Origin: Candidatus Woesearchaeota archaeon
GTDB lineage: Archaea > Nanobdellota > Nanobdellia > Woesearchaeales > UBA583
Assembly (NCBI GenBank): GCA_965205335.1
Contig: OZ242164.1
Span: 209,905-241,904, forward strand
Length of the DNA stretch: 32,000 nucleotides
Direction of reading: 5' to 3'
In this document: one piece after another, positions 1 to 9,394 of the stretch
Layout: the number at the start of each line of letters is the position of its first letter
How positions within the stretch are numbered: position 1 is the stretch's first letter
Program-made: the position numbers and the translations under genes
Notes under the pieces: generated by a model
What the model was told of the DNA's origin: nothing
The model's input: only the letters and a program-made list of their open reading frames with translations
Databases searched by the model: none

Positions 1-669
1 GCAGTTTCAAACTTTGTTAAAAACAGGCTAATAAATGATTACAAAGTAGACCCTAACAAAATCAGAGTCATTCACAACGGAGGGATTTCAGACTTAAAGC
101 CAAGCCTTACCTCAAATAATAATTTACTCCCGAACTCAAAAGTAGTTTTATTTGCAGGAAGAATGACTCTTCAAAAAGGCCCAAGACACTTTCTAATTAC
201 AGCAAAAAAAGTCCTTGAATACAACCCAGATGTTTCATTTGTTATGATTGGGAGTGGGGACATGCTCTCAGAAGTAATTGAATTTGCAGTTGAATTGGGA
301 ATTTCCAAAAATGTATTCTTCCACGGACAATACAACCGTGATGAAGCAAACCAGTTCTTTGAAAGAGCAGATGTGTTTGTTATGCCATCAATATCTGAAC
401 CATTTGGCATAGTTTCAATTGAAGCTATATCCAAAGGAACTCCCTCAATCATCTCAAAACAATCGGGAATATCAGAAGTATTGCAAAATGTATTCAAAGT
501 TGATTTCTGGGACTGCGATGAAATGGCTCACAAAATCCTCGCTTTACTGCAATATCCAACACTCCACTCACACATGAGAAATGCGGCATTTTCTGAAATT
601 GACAAATTCAGTTGGAACAAACCAGCAAAAAAATGCTATAACTTGTATAAAGAACTAAACAAAAATTAA
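1..669 (+). CDS. Glycosyltransferase, GT-B group 1 (GT4-like); 5' end cut by window edge
   Basis: Frame 1 is open from base 1 (AVSNFVKNRL..IRVIHNGG..VVLFAGRMT) and is continuous with the 163..669 ORF. The C-terminal half carries the group-1 GT signature (FVMPSISEPFGIVSIEAISKGTPSI). Confidence 0.8.
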   Translation, partial: AVSNFVKNRLINDYKVDPNKIRVIHNGGISDLKPSLTSNNNLLPNSKVVLFAGRMTLQKGPRHFLITAKKVLEYNPDVSFVMIGSGDMLSEVIEFAVELGISKNVFFHGQYNRDEANQFFERADVFVMPSISEPFGIVSIEAISKGTPSIISKQSGISEVLQNVFKVDFWDCDEMAHKILALLQYPTLHSHMRNAAFSEIDKFSWNKPAKKCYNLYKELNKN

Positions 670-731
670 AAGTCTAGTATTTACTCTCAGTGAAAATTCA
701 ACTATAAATAACAAAGAGCATTCCCTTTTAT

Positions 732-1967
732 ATGGTCGCAGTATGCTTCTACTTTCAGGTTCATCAACCCTTTAGAATAAAGCCATATAAAATATTTGAC
801 ATAGGACATGATAGCAAGTATTTTGACAAACAAAAAAACATAGAAATAATGGATAAAGTAGCAAACAAGTGTTATCTCCCTATGAATTACCTGCTTCTTG
901 AACTAATAAACAAACACAAAGGAAAATTTAAAGTTGCATTCTCAATCTCAGGAGTTGCAATAGAACAAATGGAAAAATATGCTCCCCATGTTCTTGAGTC
1001 ATTCAAAAAATTATCCCGAAGCGGATGCGTTGAATTTCTCTCTGAAACATATCATCACTCCCTTAGTTTCTTGTACTCAAAAGAAGAATTTAAAGAACAA
1101 ATTAAAATACATAACAAAAAAATAAAAGAACATTTTAACGTCAAGCCTAAAATTTTCAGAAACACTGAATTAGCTTATTCAAACGAACTAGGCAATTTCA
1201 TTGAGAACATGGGATACAAAGGAGTTTTAGCCGAGGGCTGGGATCCCATTCTTGGATACAGGTCAGCAAACTATCTATACAAGCCAAAAAACTCAAAAAA
1301 AAAAATTTCTTTATTTCTAAAAAACTACAAACTATCAGATGACATAGCATTTAGATTCTCAAACAAAGCATGGGAACAATGGCCTCTTACAACCGAGAAA
1401 TTTTCCCATTGGATTAACCGAGCAAATGGAAATGGAGAGATAATAAATCTATTTATGGACTACGAAACATTTGGAGAACACCAATGGGAAGATACAGGAA
1501 TTTTTGAATTTATGAAACAACTCCCTCAAGAAATTCTTAAAAACCCCCACAACTCATTTGTAACACCATCAGAAGCAATCAAAAGATTTGAAAAAAGAGA
1601 TGAAATAGACATTCCTCATATACTAACATGGGCGGATACTGAAAGAGACTTATCAGCATGGCTTGGAAACAATTTGCAAAACGAAGCCAGTTATGAAATA
1701 TTCAAAATGGAAAAAGATGTAAAAGAACTCAAAGACAAAGAAATACTTGAAAAATGGAGAAAACTTACAACATCAGATCATTTCTATTATATGAGCACTA
1801 AATACTCAGAAGATGGAGACGTTCACAAATATTTCTCAGCATACGACTCACCATATGATGCATACGTGTATTTCATGAACATAATGCGTGACTTGAAAAT
1901 GAGAGTTGCTCAATTAAAAGAAAAAAAAAGGGAACTAAAAACCAATAAAGTAAGCAATATTTCTTAA
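732..1967 (+). CDS. Glycoside hydrolase family 57 (alpha-glucan-active enzyme)
   Basis: 411-aa ORF. The N-terminal CFYFQVHQPFR matches the GH57 HQP region, and MDYETFGEHQWE resembles the catalytic-Glu region. A TATA (actataaata, 701-710) lies about 26 nt upstream of the ATG. Confidence 0.75.
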   Translation: MVAVCFYFQVHQPFRIKPYKIFDIGHDSKYFDKQKNIEIMDKVANKCYLPMNYLLLELINKHKGKFKVAFSISGVAIEQMEKYAPHVLESFKKLSRSGCVEFLSETYHHSLSFLYSKEEFKEQIKIHNKKIKEHFNVKPKIFRNTELAYSNELGNFIENMGYKGVLAEGWDPILGYRSANYLYKPKNSKKKISLFLKNYKLSDDIAFRFSNKAWEQWPLTTEKFSHWINRANGNGEIINLFMDYETFGEHQWEDTGIFEFMKQLPQEILKNPHNSFVTPSEAIKRFEKRDEIDIPHILTWADTERDLSAWLGNNLQNEASYEIFKMEKDVKELKDKEILEKWRKLTTSDHFYYMSTKYSEDGDVHKYFSAYDSPYDAYVYFMNIMRDLKMRVAQLKEKKRELKTNKVSNIS

Positions 1968-3823
1968 CAATTAGGATTACATCTCTTAAACAGTTTATCT
2001 ACCATTTCAATATATGACGTGCTGCTCCATAACTGAGCATAACATCCTTGAGGCTTCTGCTCCTTTGCTGAACTAATCTCTGAACCAAAGCCAATGCAAC
2101 CAAGTTCTAAAATATCCTTAGTTGAACTAAGTAGAAGATTATTAATTTCCTTTCTATATTTCTTTCCATTAAAATCATCTAAAACAATTGCTGCAATATT
2201 ATTAATCCAGTACCATGAATCTCCATTATGATAACTCAAATTATTTTCACCTGTATAAGAATCCTTGAAATTAGGATCTTTCTTTGAAAGAGAAGAAACA
2301 CCCCCCCAATCGGTTTTCATAACTTTCAGTGCATTATCAAATACCATCTCCCAATCCTCACTTGTCAAAAAATATTTATAAAAATAATAAGCCAAAAATA
2401 CATTGCACGACAACCTATCAATCATTGGTTCATCATATAAATTTCCACTTCTAAAATAGATACTTGCTATATGTGAACTGAACTCTTTCTCAAACTCTGA
2501 GAAATTGCTCTCATCCTCCCACTTCCCTAAAATTCTTGCAAACGAAGTAATATTACTTACAAAACCAAGCAATTGAACCAAAATATCCAAAGGATAATCC
2601 AACGGAATAGTATCCATCCATGAATCTCCTCTATCAACTCTTAGAAGACTAACTTCCCTATCCCAGTTCCTTCTTAGAATCGCTCTAAAAGAACTTACGA
2701 ATTTATTATAAATTTCCTCAAGTTCATAATTACTAAAATACTTATAAAGTTCCTCTCTCTTCTTTAGAGTCTTTATAAAATCAGTAAACCTTTTTGATAA
2801 CCAAAAAACTGAATCAGGAGAACAATTTGAACCATCCTTATCAATAATCTTCAAACTACCATCCTCATCAATATTTTTAATATAATGCATTAACCTGCCC
2901 CTGACATAATCAAATTCTCCATTTGAAATAAAAGCCCAAATACTTACAAGTTCATCCCTTGACCAGACATCAGAAAACCAAGGAATTCCTGCAAAAGCTC
3001 CACTTCCATTTAAAAACTTATAAACAGCATTATTTGACAATTTATATGCTAAATTAACATTTGCAGTCATTAACCTTTTAAATTTTTTATCCTCTAATAA
3101 TTTCTGTGTGTTTTGAGCATCGGAAAAATAAGTTTTCTCAAAATTTAACCTTGCCCTACAAACCTTTGATATTGCCTCATCTCTTAAAAGACTTACTGCA
3201 AATATTATCTCTTCCTCTGATTTAACCTTAAACATTAAAGCCTTAAAAACATACAAATCAAACAAAGAATCTCTTTCCTGCGAATAAGAATACTTCTTAT
3301 TAACCCATTTTTTAATTTCCTCAATTTCCAAGTTCTCTGTTTCAAATGCCAAATACACTTTATAATCAACACTCTCTCCATTTTTCTTAATGTATTCTAT
3401 TACGCAGATACCATTCTCATAACTAATATTATAGAATCTTCCCATATCAGAAAAATCATCAGATTTTCTTGCATCTAAATCCAATTCAATCCAAACAGGG
3501 TTATTTGTTGAATAAAACAAAACTTCATCAGAACTCACATAGAATTTATCATAAAATCCATCAAAGAATCTTCTTACCTCAAGCCCTGAATACTTTACCT
3601 CAACAGGCTCTTTTTGAGAAGATACTATAAACTCATCAATTACTTTGTAAGTTTGCTTTGAGTTAGAATCATAAAATGAATAACCCTGAAACTTGCATGA
3701 ATTTCTCACAACTCCCAAATTCAAAAAACCACCTTTGCAGTCAGTCAGGAAAAAATTAGAATTAATCAAATCTTTTGTTTCAAATGATACAGTATCAAGA
3801 ATGAAATCATATGAAATCTTCAT
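1964..3823 (-). CDS. Glycogen debranching enzyme, amylo-alpha-1,6-glucosidase (GDE_C / GH133-type) family
   Basis: 619-aa ORF with an ATG start. Motifs GIPWFSDVWSRDELVS and YHNGDSWYW are typical of the GDE C-terminal six-hairpin glucosidase domain. Its stop overlaps the GH57 stop within TTAA at 1964-1967. Confidence 0.8.
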   Translation of the reverse strand: MKISYDFILDTVSFETKDLINSNFFLTDCKGGFLNLGVVRNSCKFQGYSFYDSNSKQTYKVIDEFIVSSQKEPVEVKYSGLEVRRFFDGFYDKFYVSSDEVLFYSTNNPVWIELDLDARKSDDFSDMGRFYNISYENGICVIEYIKKNGESVDYKVYLAFETENLEIEEIKKWVNKKYSYSQERDSLFDLYVFKALMFKVKSEEEIIFAVSLLRDEAISKVCRARLNFEKTYFSDAQNTQKLLEDKKFKRLMTANVNLAYKLSNNAVYKFLNGSGAFAGIPWFSDVWSRDELVSIWAFISNGEFDYVRGRLMHYIKNIDEDGSLKIIDKDGSNCSPDSVFWLSKRFTDFIKTLKKREELYKYFSNYELEEIYNKFVSSFRAILRRNWDREVSLLRVDRGDSWMDTIPLDYPLDILVQLLGFVSNITSFARILGKWEDESNFSEFEKEFSSHIASIYFRSGNLYDEPMIDRLSCNVFLAYYFYKYFLTSEDWEMVFDNALKVMKTDWGGVSSLSKKDPNFKDSYTGENNLSYHNGDSWYWINNIAAIVLDDFNGKKYRKEINNLLLSSTKDILELGCIGFGSEISSAKEQKPQGCYAQLWSSTSYIEMVDKLFKRCNPNC

Positions 3824-3925
3824 AAAAACAAGAGTTGCAAAAATTTTATATAAAATCCTCTTAATTATTAAGTAAATAATAAATTATTTCAAAATTTAGG
3901 AATGTGGATTAAATATAAAAACCCA

Positions 3926-4582
3926 CTACTTCTCTCCTTTAGAACCTTTTCTGAATTTAAAAATATAAATAAAGAAACAAGAAATCATACTTCCAATTCC
4001 TTCCAAGAGCATATCCTTTTGTGCATCCCACACATCCCCTTGCGAACCTAAAACTCCACCATATATTTTCTCCTCAAAATGAATAGAATAACCCCACTCC
4101 AAAATCTCATAAATCGCCCCGGTTGCAAAAGCAAAAAGAACTATGCATAGCAAAGTGAACAATGAATTCTTCTTCAAAAGTTTTTTCTCTGTTAAAAGTT
4201 CATAAGCAGGTAAGGTAAGCAAAAGCCCAAACGAAAAATGAATTATTCTATCATAATGATTTCTACCAAGATTAAATAACTCGCTTAGAAAAAACCCTAA
4301 AGGAACTTCCGCATAAGAATAATGAGCTCCAATTGTCTGAAAAATTCCTATTAAAAAAATCATAAAATAAGATATCCTTGAAAATCGAAACTTCTTATAA
4401 GTAAAAATTAAAACAAACAAAAAAATAACAAACAGGACATTTTCAGAAACCCAAACACTCCTATAATTAGGATTAATTGCTAAGGCAGTCCAAAAAATTA
4501 AAAAAATAATTAACAGAATCTTTTCAAAATTTAATTTCATATCCTGAGCACCCTTTAAAGAATTTGATTTCTTATCTGACAT
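3926..4582 (-). CDS. DUF2238 / YjdF-like integral membrane protein
   Basis: Multi-TM ORF with GAHYSYAEVPLG and GRNHYDRIIHFSFG motifs, as in the YjdF family. The track start at 4639 is a GTG. The ATG at 4582 lies about 28 nt downstream of a TATA-like box (rc of 4605-4617), so 4582 is preferred. Confidence 0.65.
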   Translation of the reverse strand: MSDKKSNSLKGAQDMKLNFEKILLIIFLIFWTALAINPNYRSVWVSENVLFVIFLFVLIFTYKKFRFSRISYFMIFLIGIFQTIGAHYSYAEVPLGFFLSELFNLGRNHYDRIIHFSFGLLLTLPAYELLTEKKLLKKNSLFTLLCIVLFAFATGAIYEILEWGYSIHFEEKIYGGVLGSQGDVWDAQKDMLLEGIGSMISCFFIYIFKFRKGSKGEK

Positions 4583-4642
4583 CTGAAAAATAAATATTCT
4601 CCTGCCTTTAAAAATATTATCATAATCTATTAAAAACACACC

Positions 4643-6283
4643 CTACAATTTCTTTATCGCAAAATCATATGCTCTCAAGTAGTTCTCAATAAACACAGAC
4701 CAATCATATTTTAAAGCAAGTTTCTTTGCAACACCTCTGCGAAAAGACTTTGCTTCATCACTCTCTTGCAAAAAACTATCAAGCATAAAACATAAATCAT
4801 CAATAGCACATTCCTCACTGCAATTAATCCTATCAAGCACTAAAGCACCTGAACACAAACTCCCATGAACTGACTCAATAGTTTGCCCAAAACCTGCAAG
4901 ATTAGAAGTTATCGCAGGAACGCTAAACGAAATGCTCTCAAGAGGTGTATATCCCCAAGGTTCATAATATGACGGAAAAACTCCTAAATCACAGCCTGAA
5001 ATAAACTCATAATATTCTCTATTAAAAGCCCTATCAGAACCATCAAGAAGAACAGGAATTAAAATATTTCTAACCTTATCATCACTACAATTCTCTAGTC
5101 CATTCTCTCTTAAACACCTTATAATATCATGCTCTTCTATGCAATGTGTTGAAAGAGGAGTTTTAAAACCTCCATCAATTTTCTCTTCATTATAATTTGC
5201 AGTTGAATCAAATATCTGAGAATTTAACTCAAAATCCCCTATGATTACAATAAAAAAATTCAACACCTCCATCTCTGACTTTTCATTCTTTAACTTTTCA
5301 TTTAACCTTGAAAGAGCCTTTATGTAAATATCATATCCCTTGTTCCTAAACTCATTTCTCCCACTTGTATAAAAAATCTTAGTTTTGCTTGTATCAATCT
5401 CATAAAAATTACTAAAATACAATTCAATAAAATGATTTGTTATTTCCCTTGAATTCCTGAACTTCCCATCACCCCATGCTAATCCATCAACATTCTGATT
5501 ATTAAACCCATTGTACAATAAAACATCAGCTTCCTTTCCATATAATGCTCTTGCCTCATTATTTGTAACATCTGATACTGTTGTAAAACAATCCGAAATA
5601 TGAGCCAAAACTCTCTCTGTCTGATGCTTAGTATGAACACCCATATCATAAGCATATCTCTGAGGATTTATTACATTCTGTATACTTCTAAGATCTTCCC
5701 CATGAGATGAAATTGTTCTTCCAAGCATCGTTGCATGGGTTGTAAAAATGCATTTGAACTTACGAATTTCCTTCATTTTAAAATATAATATAGTCCCTCC
5801 ACTCATCCATTCATGAGCATGAACTAATACATTTTCATCATTATCCTCATTTAATTTCTCAATAACTATTCCACAGCACCACGACCAGAGAATTGCTTCA
5901 TCATAATCATGCCAGTCTGAATTCAAAGAATCAATCTCATATCTCTTCCATAACTTCTTTTTAATATCATCTATATTCTCACTATAACTCATATAATCAA
6001 CTAATATAACATTTTTATCTCCTGAAATATCTGTTGTTCCAAAATGAACCTTTATTCCCATAGACTCTAATTCCTTTACTTTTTCAGTTAGATTTTGAGG
6101 AACTTCTGTTTCATAAAAAGTCTTTTTTGAAGACTCAAAGTAAGGACCTACCATATAATAATCTCTAACTTTATCCACAATATATGGAACTTTAGAACTT
6201 ATGACTGTAAAAATTCCCCCTTGCTTATTGCAAACTTCCCAAGAAACCTCATACAATACAGAATCTATTCTCATACAATCCAA
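4643..6283 (-). CDS. Glycogen(starch) synthase, eukaryote-type GT3 family
   Basis: LYEVSWEVCNKQGGIFTVISSK, HAHEWMSG, IFTTHATMLGR and CFTTVSDVT line up with the GT3 (Gsy/GYS) N-terminal and catalytic motifs. The 6283 start is a TTG. The ATG at 6274 (MRIDSVLYEV) lies about 26 nt from a TATA (rc of 6294-6306) and is the likelier start. Confidence 0.85.
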   Translation of the reverse strand: MDCMRIDSVLYEVSWEVCNKQGGIFTVISSKVPYIVDKVRDYYMVGPYFESSKKTFYETEVPQNLTEKVKELESMGIKVHFGTTDISGDKNVILVDYMSYSENIDDIKKKLWKRYEIDSLNSDWHDYDEAILWSWCCGIVIEKLNEDNDENVLVHAHEWMSGGTILYFKMKEIRKFKCIFTTHATMLGRTISSHGEDLRSIQNVINPQRYAYDMGVHTKHQTERVLAHISDCFTTVSDVTNNEARALYGKEADVLLYNGFNNQNVDGLAWGDGKFRNSREITNHFIELYFSNFYEIDTSKTKIFYTSGRNEFRNKGYDIYIKALSRLNEKLKNEKSEMEVLNFFIVIIGDFELNSQIFDSTANYNEEKIDGGFKTPLSTHCIEEHDIIRCLRENGLENCSDDKVRNILIPVLLDGSDRAFNREYYEFISGCDLGVFPSYYEPWGYTPLESISFSVPAITSNLAGFGQTIESVHGSLCSGALVLDRINCSEECAIDDLCFMLDSFLQESDEAKSFRRGVAKKLALKYDWSVFIENYLRAYDFAIKKL

Positions 6284-6341
6284 TCAAAAAAACGCTAATT
6301 AAAAATTCTTATTAATCAAACAGTTGTAAACAAAAAATTGA

Positions 6342-6938
6342 CTATTTTTTGATAAAAAGACCCGAATCCCCAACTTTCTGAATCAACGAAAAATTGTCAG
6401 ATTCATAATCATTATATATTTTTCTTAAAGTTTGAATCAATAATTTACTTTCAAATTCTCTTTTCGAAGCTAAATATTTTTTTCTTCTAGCTTCTTCTCC
6501 TTGTAGGACTTGTAGGGTCTTCTGGTACATTACACTTACTCCCGTCACATTCTCATATCCTCTAATCATATTCTCATCTTCTCTCCTTATGTCTTCATAT
6601 TCTTTCCGTGCCTCTAATAATCCTAAAAAATTTAACAAACCTGCAAACAAATTTCTAATTTTTTTATTATTCCGCTTAAGAAGTATTTTTCTTTCACTAT
6701 CCAGCTTAATACCTCCCAGCGAATAATAACTCTCCTTAAGAATTTCAATGTTCTTCTCTGCCATTTTAGTAAGACTTTTCTTAAATAGCCCTTTGCTAAA
6801 TCTTTTGTCATATCCCTTGCACAAATTTAAAATCTGCTTCTCATAAGCTAAAAAACCTAGCATCTCATTAACTGTAAATTCATGACCAGTTGTCAATTTC
6901 TCCTGAAGATCTCTTATTTTATCACTTAAATTTCTCAT
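6342..6938 (-). CDS. Hypothetical protein, predicted helical/coiled-coil
   Basis: 198-aa ATG-initiated ORF in a stop-rich AT background, with K/E/L-rich composition like neighbouring real genes. No recognisable motif. Confidence 0.5.
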   Translation of the reverse strand: MRNLSDKIRDLQEKLTTGHEFTVNEMLGFLAYEKQILNLCKGYDKRFSKGLFKKSLTKMAEKNIEILKESYYSLGGIKLDSERKILLKRNNKKIRNLFAGLLNFLGLLEARKEYEDIRREDENMIRGYENVTGVSVMYQKTLQVLQGEEARRKKYLASKREFESKLLIQTLRKIYNDYESDNFSLIQKVGDSGLFIKK

Positions 6939-7122
6939 TTTTCACATTATAACCAAAGTTACATCTAGTTTTTATCTTTTTTATATATATATATGTTAAC
7001 TAAGAAGTAGTATCTCCTTGTAAAATCGGCACTTAAGAAATTTTTTGATATGAAAAATTACAAACCGAACTTATACAAGTAAAATTTATAAAGAGTACAC
7101 ATCTAAAATAATTTATACTACT

Positions 7123-9279
7123 ATGTTAGCGAAATTAATAGGGAAATCAGATATTTACAAATTCAGAATTGAAATCTTAGGAGATGTTAAAACATTTGAT
7201 TTCCTAAAAGTAAATCATGAAGAATTCCCAAACATTCTAACCCAAGTCACTAACATAACTCGTGATGGCGATACTCTTTTAGGAGACTGCAAAATTATAG
7301 GGTACAGAGAAAGCGGAGTACTAAAAAACATAAGAACACCATTCTTATTAGATGCACAAATTGAAAAAGCTGATGACAAATTTATTGAAGAAACAATAGG
7401 ACTAAACATTGACAAAGAAAACTTCATAGGAGTCTTAGAACACCACTCAGGTTTAAAAATTTCAATTGATCTTAAAAAAGCAATCACAAAACACATGGCA
7501 ATTCTTGCAAAATCAGGAGCGGGAAAATCATACACTGTTGGAGTAATACTTGAAGAAGTCCTGAAAAAGAACATACCAATTGTAATACTTGACCCTCATA
7601 ACGAATATGCATCCCTGAAATATCCCAACGCTGAAAAAAAAGACTTGGGCAGACTTGAAAAATTCAATTTAAAACCTCAGGGATTTTTAGAAAGAGTAAA
7701 AGAATTCTCCCCTGACACTGAAATAAATCCTCAATGTGAACCAATAACACTTGACATAAACAAACTAAAACCTCAGGAATTAGTTGATTCCCTTCCCCAA
7801 AAACTAAGCCCTGCCCAATCAAACATACTATTTAACATTCTCAGCAACACAACAAACAAACTAAGCATTGATGAATTAATATTTAACATTTCAAACGAAG
7901 AATCAAACTCAAAATGGTCTCTTATAACAATGCTTGAACAACTTAAAAAATTAAAACTATACTCAAACACCCCAACGCCCCCCGAAGAGATAGTAAAATA
8001 CAAAAGATGCTCTATCATTTCATTAAAAGGAGTTGAGCCCTATGTCCAAGAAACATTCATTAGCGGACTAATAAGAGACTTATTTGACAAAAGAAAAAAA
8101 GAAGAAATCCCACCCTTCTTATTAGTCTTAGAAGAAGCCCATAATTTCTGCCCTGAAAGAGCACTTGGAGAAACAAAAGCCTCAAAAGTAATTCGGACAA
8201 TTGCTGCTGAAGGTCGTAAATTCGGACTTGGACTATGCGTCATTTCACAAAGACCAGCAAAAGTTGATAAAAATGTAATCTCCCAATGCACAACCCAGAT
8301 ACTTCTTAAAATCACAAATCCCAACGACTTAAAATCTGTTATATCATCATCAGAGGGTGTATCTTCTGACTCTGAAGGGGAAATCCAAAAACTAAACATC
8401 GGAACATGCCTCCTAACTGGAGTCATCGACATACCTCTAAAAATAAACATAAGACCAAGAATTTCAAAACACGGAGGAGAAACCGTTGACATAACACTTC
8501 CATATGAATTAGATGAAAACGGAAACAAATCAGAAGACGCTAATACACCAAATGAAAATGAACAAAAAAACACAAATAACGAGAAAACAGAAGATGATAA
8601 AAAAGAAATAAAAGAAGTAGAAAATAAAACAGATGAAAAAGAAATGAACAAAGAGAGAAATGATGACAAAATATTTACTTCTGGCAAGAACAATGAATTC
8701 ATCCAACACATCAGTGCAGAAATAACACCTGACGATGCCAAAGTAATGCTTGACTGCGATAAAATTGAAATCCAATTAGTCCCAGCATCAATAATCAAGC
8801 TAAAAACAAGTTCAGGAAAACAGGCAAACATACTGTACGATAGAGCAAACAAAAAAATAATAAAAAAAATATTTCCTTATGAAGGATATGATGCAAATCT
8901 AAATCCTGATAACCTAACAGATACTGAAATGAAATTTCTAAAAGTCATTCTAAAACTTGAAGACAGCTTTAATCCAGCTGAACTAATGATTAAAACCGAC
9001 AGCACATTCAACGAAATCCTAAGAGTCTGCGACACATTAGCAGCAAAAGGAGTTATTAACAAATCAAACAAACAATTTGAAATAGGAAGCCTAAAATTTG
9101 CCAAAAAATTAGATGAATTAAACTTTTATGGAAACCAGAAATTTGAAGAAATATCTTATGATACAATCCTTGACTCAAAAATTAATGAAAACGAGACTAG
9201 AAAACTCTTTGAAATATTTGGAACTGTTCATAACATCAAGGAAATATTCATACTAAAATACATTGGAAAGAAAATATAA
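7123..9279 (+). CDS. HerA/DUF87-type hexameric ATPase with K/E/N-rich linker and C-terminal winged-helix-like extension
   Basis: Walker A (ILAKSGAGKSYTVG), Walker B (FLLVLEEAHNFCP), ISQRP and the terminal RPRISKHGGET are all typical of archaeal HerA. Residues about 460-525 are low complexity. Residues about 526-718 form an extra domain. Confidence 0.85.
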   Translation: MLAKLIGKSDIYKFRIEILGDVKTFDFLKVNHEEFPNILTQVTNITRDGDTLLGDCKIIGYRESGVLKNIRTPFLLDAQIEKADDKFIEETIGLNIDKENFIGVLEHHSGLKISIDLKKAITKHMAILAKSGAGKSYTVGVILEEVLKKNIPIVILDPHNEYASLKYPNAEKKDLGRLEKFNLKPQGFLERVKEFSPDTEINPQCEPITLDINKLKPQELVDSLPQKLSPAQSNILFNILSNTTNKLSIDELIFNISNEESNSKWSLITMLEQLKKLKLYSNTPTPPEEIVKYKRCSIISLKGVEPYVQETFISGLIRDLFDKRKKEEIPPFLLVLEEAHNFCPERALGETKASKVIRTIAAEGRKFGLGLCVISQRPAKVDKNVISQCTTQILLKITNPNDLKSVISSSEGVSSDSEGEIQKLNIGTCLLTGVIDIPLKINIRPRISKHGGETVDITLPYELDENGNKSEDANTPNENEQKNTNNEKTEDDKKEIKEVENKTDEKEMNKERNDDKIFTSGKNNEFIQHISAEITPDDAKVMLDCDKIEIQLVPASIIKLKTSSGKQANILYDRANKKIIKKIFPYEGYDANLNPDNLTDTEMKFLKVILKLEDSFNPAELMIKTDSTFNEILRVCDTLAAKGVINKSNKQFEIGSLKFAKKLDELNFYGNQKFEEISYDTILDSKINENETRKLFEIFGTVHNIKEIFILKYIGKKI

Positions 9280-9357
9280 ATTCTAATAATTGAGATAACA
9301 AAAATATTTTTATCTCTCTTATTTTTGCTATTTGACACCCAAGAGTGATTAAAAAAC

Positions 9358-9373
9358 ACAAACTTATAAATAT
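9358..9373 (+). promoter_or_regulatory. BRE/TATA promoter element (ACAAACTTATAAATAT) for the repeat-protein gene
   Basis: The TATA core is at 9364-9371, and the GTG start at 9395 follows after a 21-nt spacer. An identical 16-mer occurs at 14180-14195. Confidence 0.6.
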
Positions 9374-9394
9374 ATTTCTATTTTTTATCATATT

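Noticed and set aside
1295-1305. An 11-A homopolymer inside the GH57 gene (and a 9-A run at about 1921-1929) as a possible slipped-strand phase-variation switch
   Set aside because: The reading frame is intact (..KNSKKKISLF..). Poly-A/Lys runs are expected in a ~30% G+C genome, and nothing in the window shows length heterogeneity.
1964-1967. Convergent GH57 and debranching-enzyme genes share overlapping stop codons within TTAA, leaving no room for terminators
   Set aside because: This is real but trivial. It reflects genome compaction rather than a discrete feature. Archaeal termination can occur on oligo-T tracts within the opposing gene.
8500-8698. A purine-rich, repeat-looking stretch in the HerA gene
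   Set aside because: It is a compositional low-complexity (K/E/N/D) linker with no exact nucleotide periodicity. It is not a discrete DNA repeat.
8040-8852. A 270-aa minus-strand ORF, plus 7215..7574, 7773..8018, 8530..8775 and 8877..9104, inside the HerA gene
   Set aside because: These are antisense shadow ORFs. They have S/F/L/C-rich compositions typical of the reverse complement of K/E/N-rich coding sequence. The plus-strand frame carries unambiguous Walker A/B and HerA motifs across the same span.
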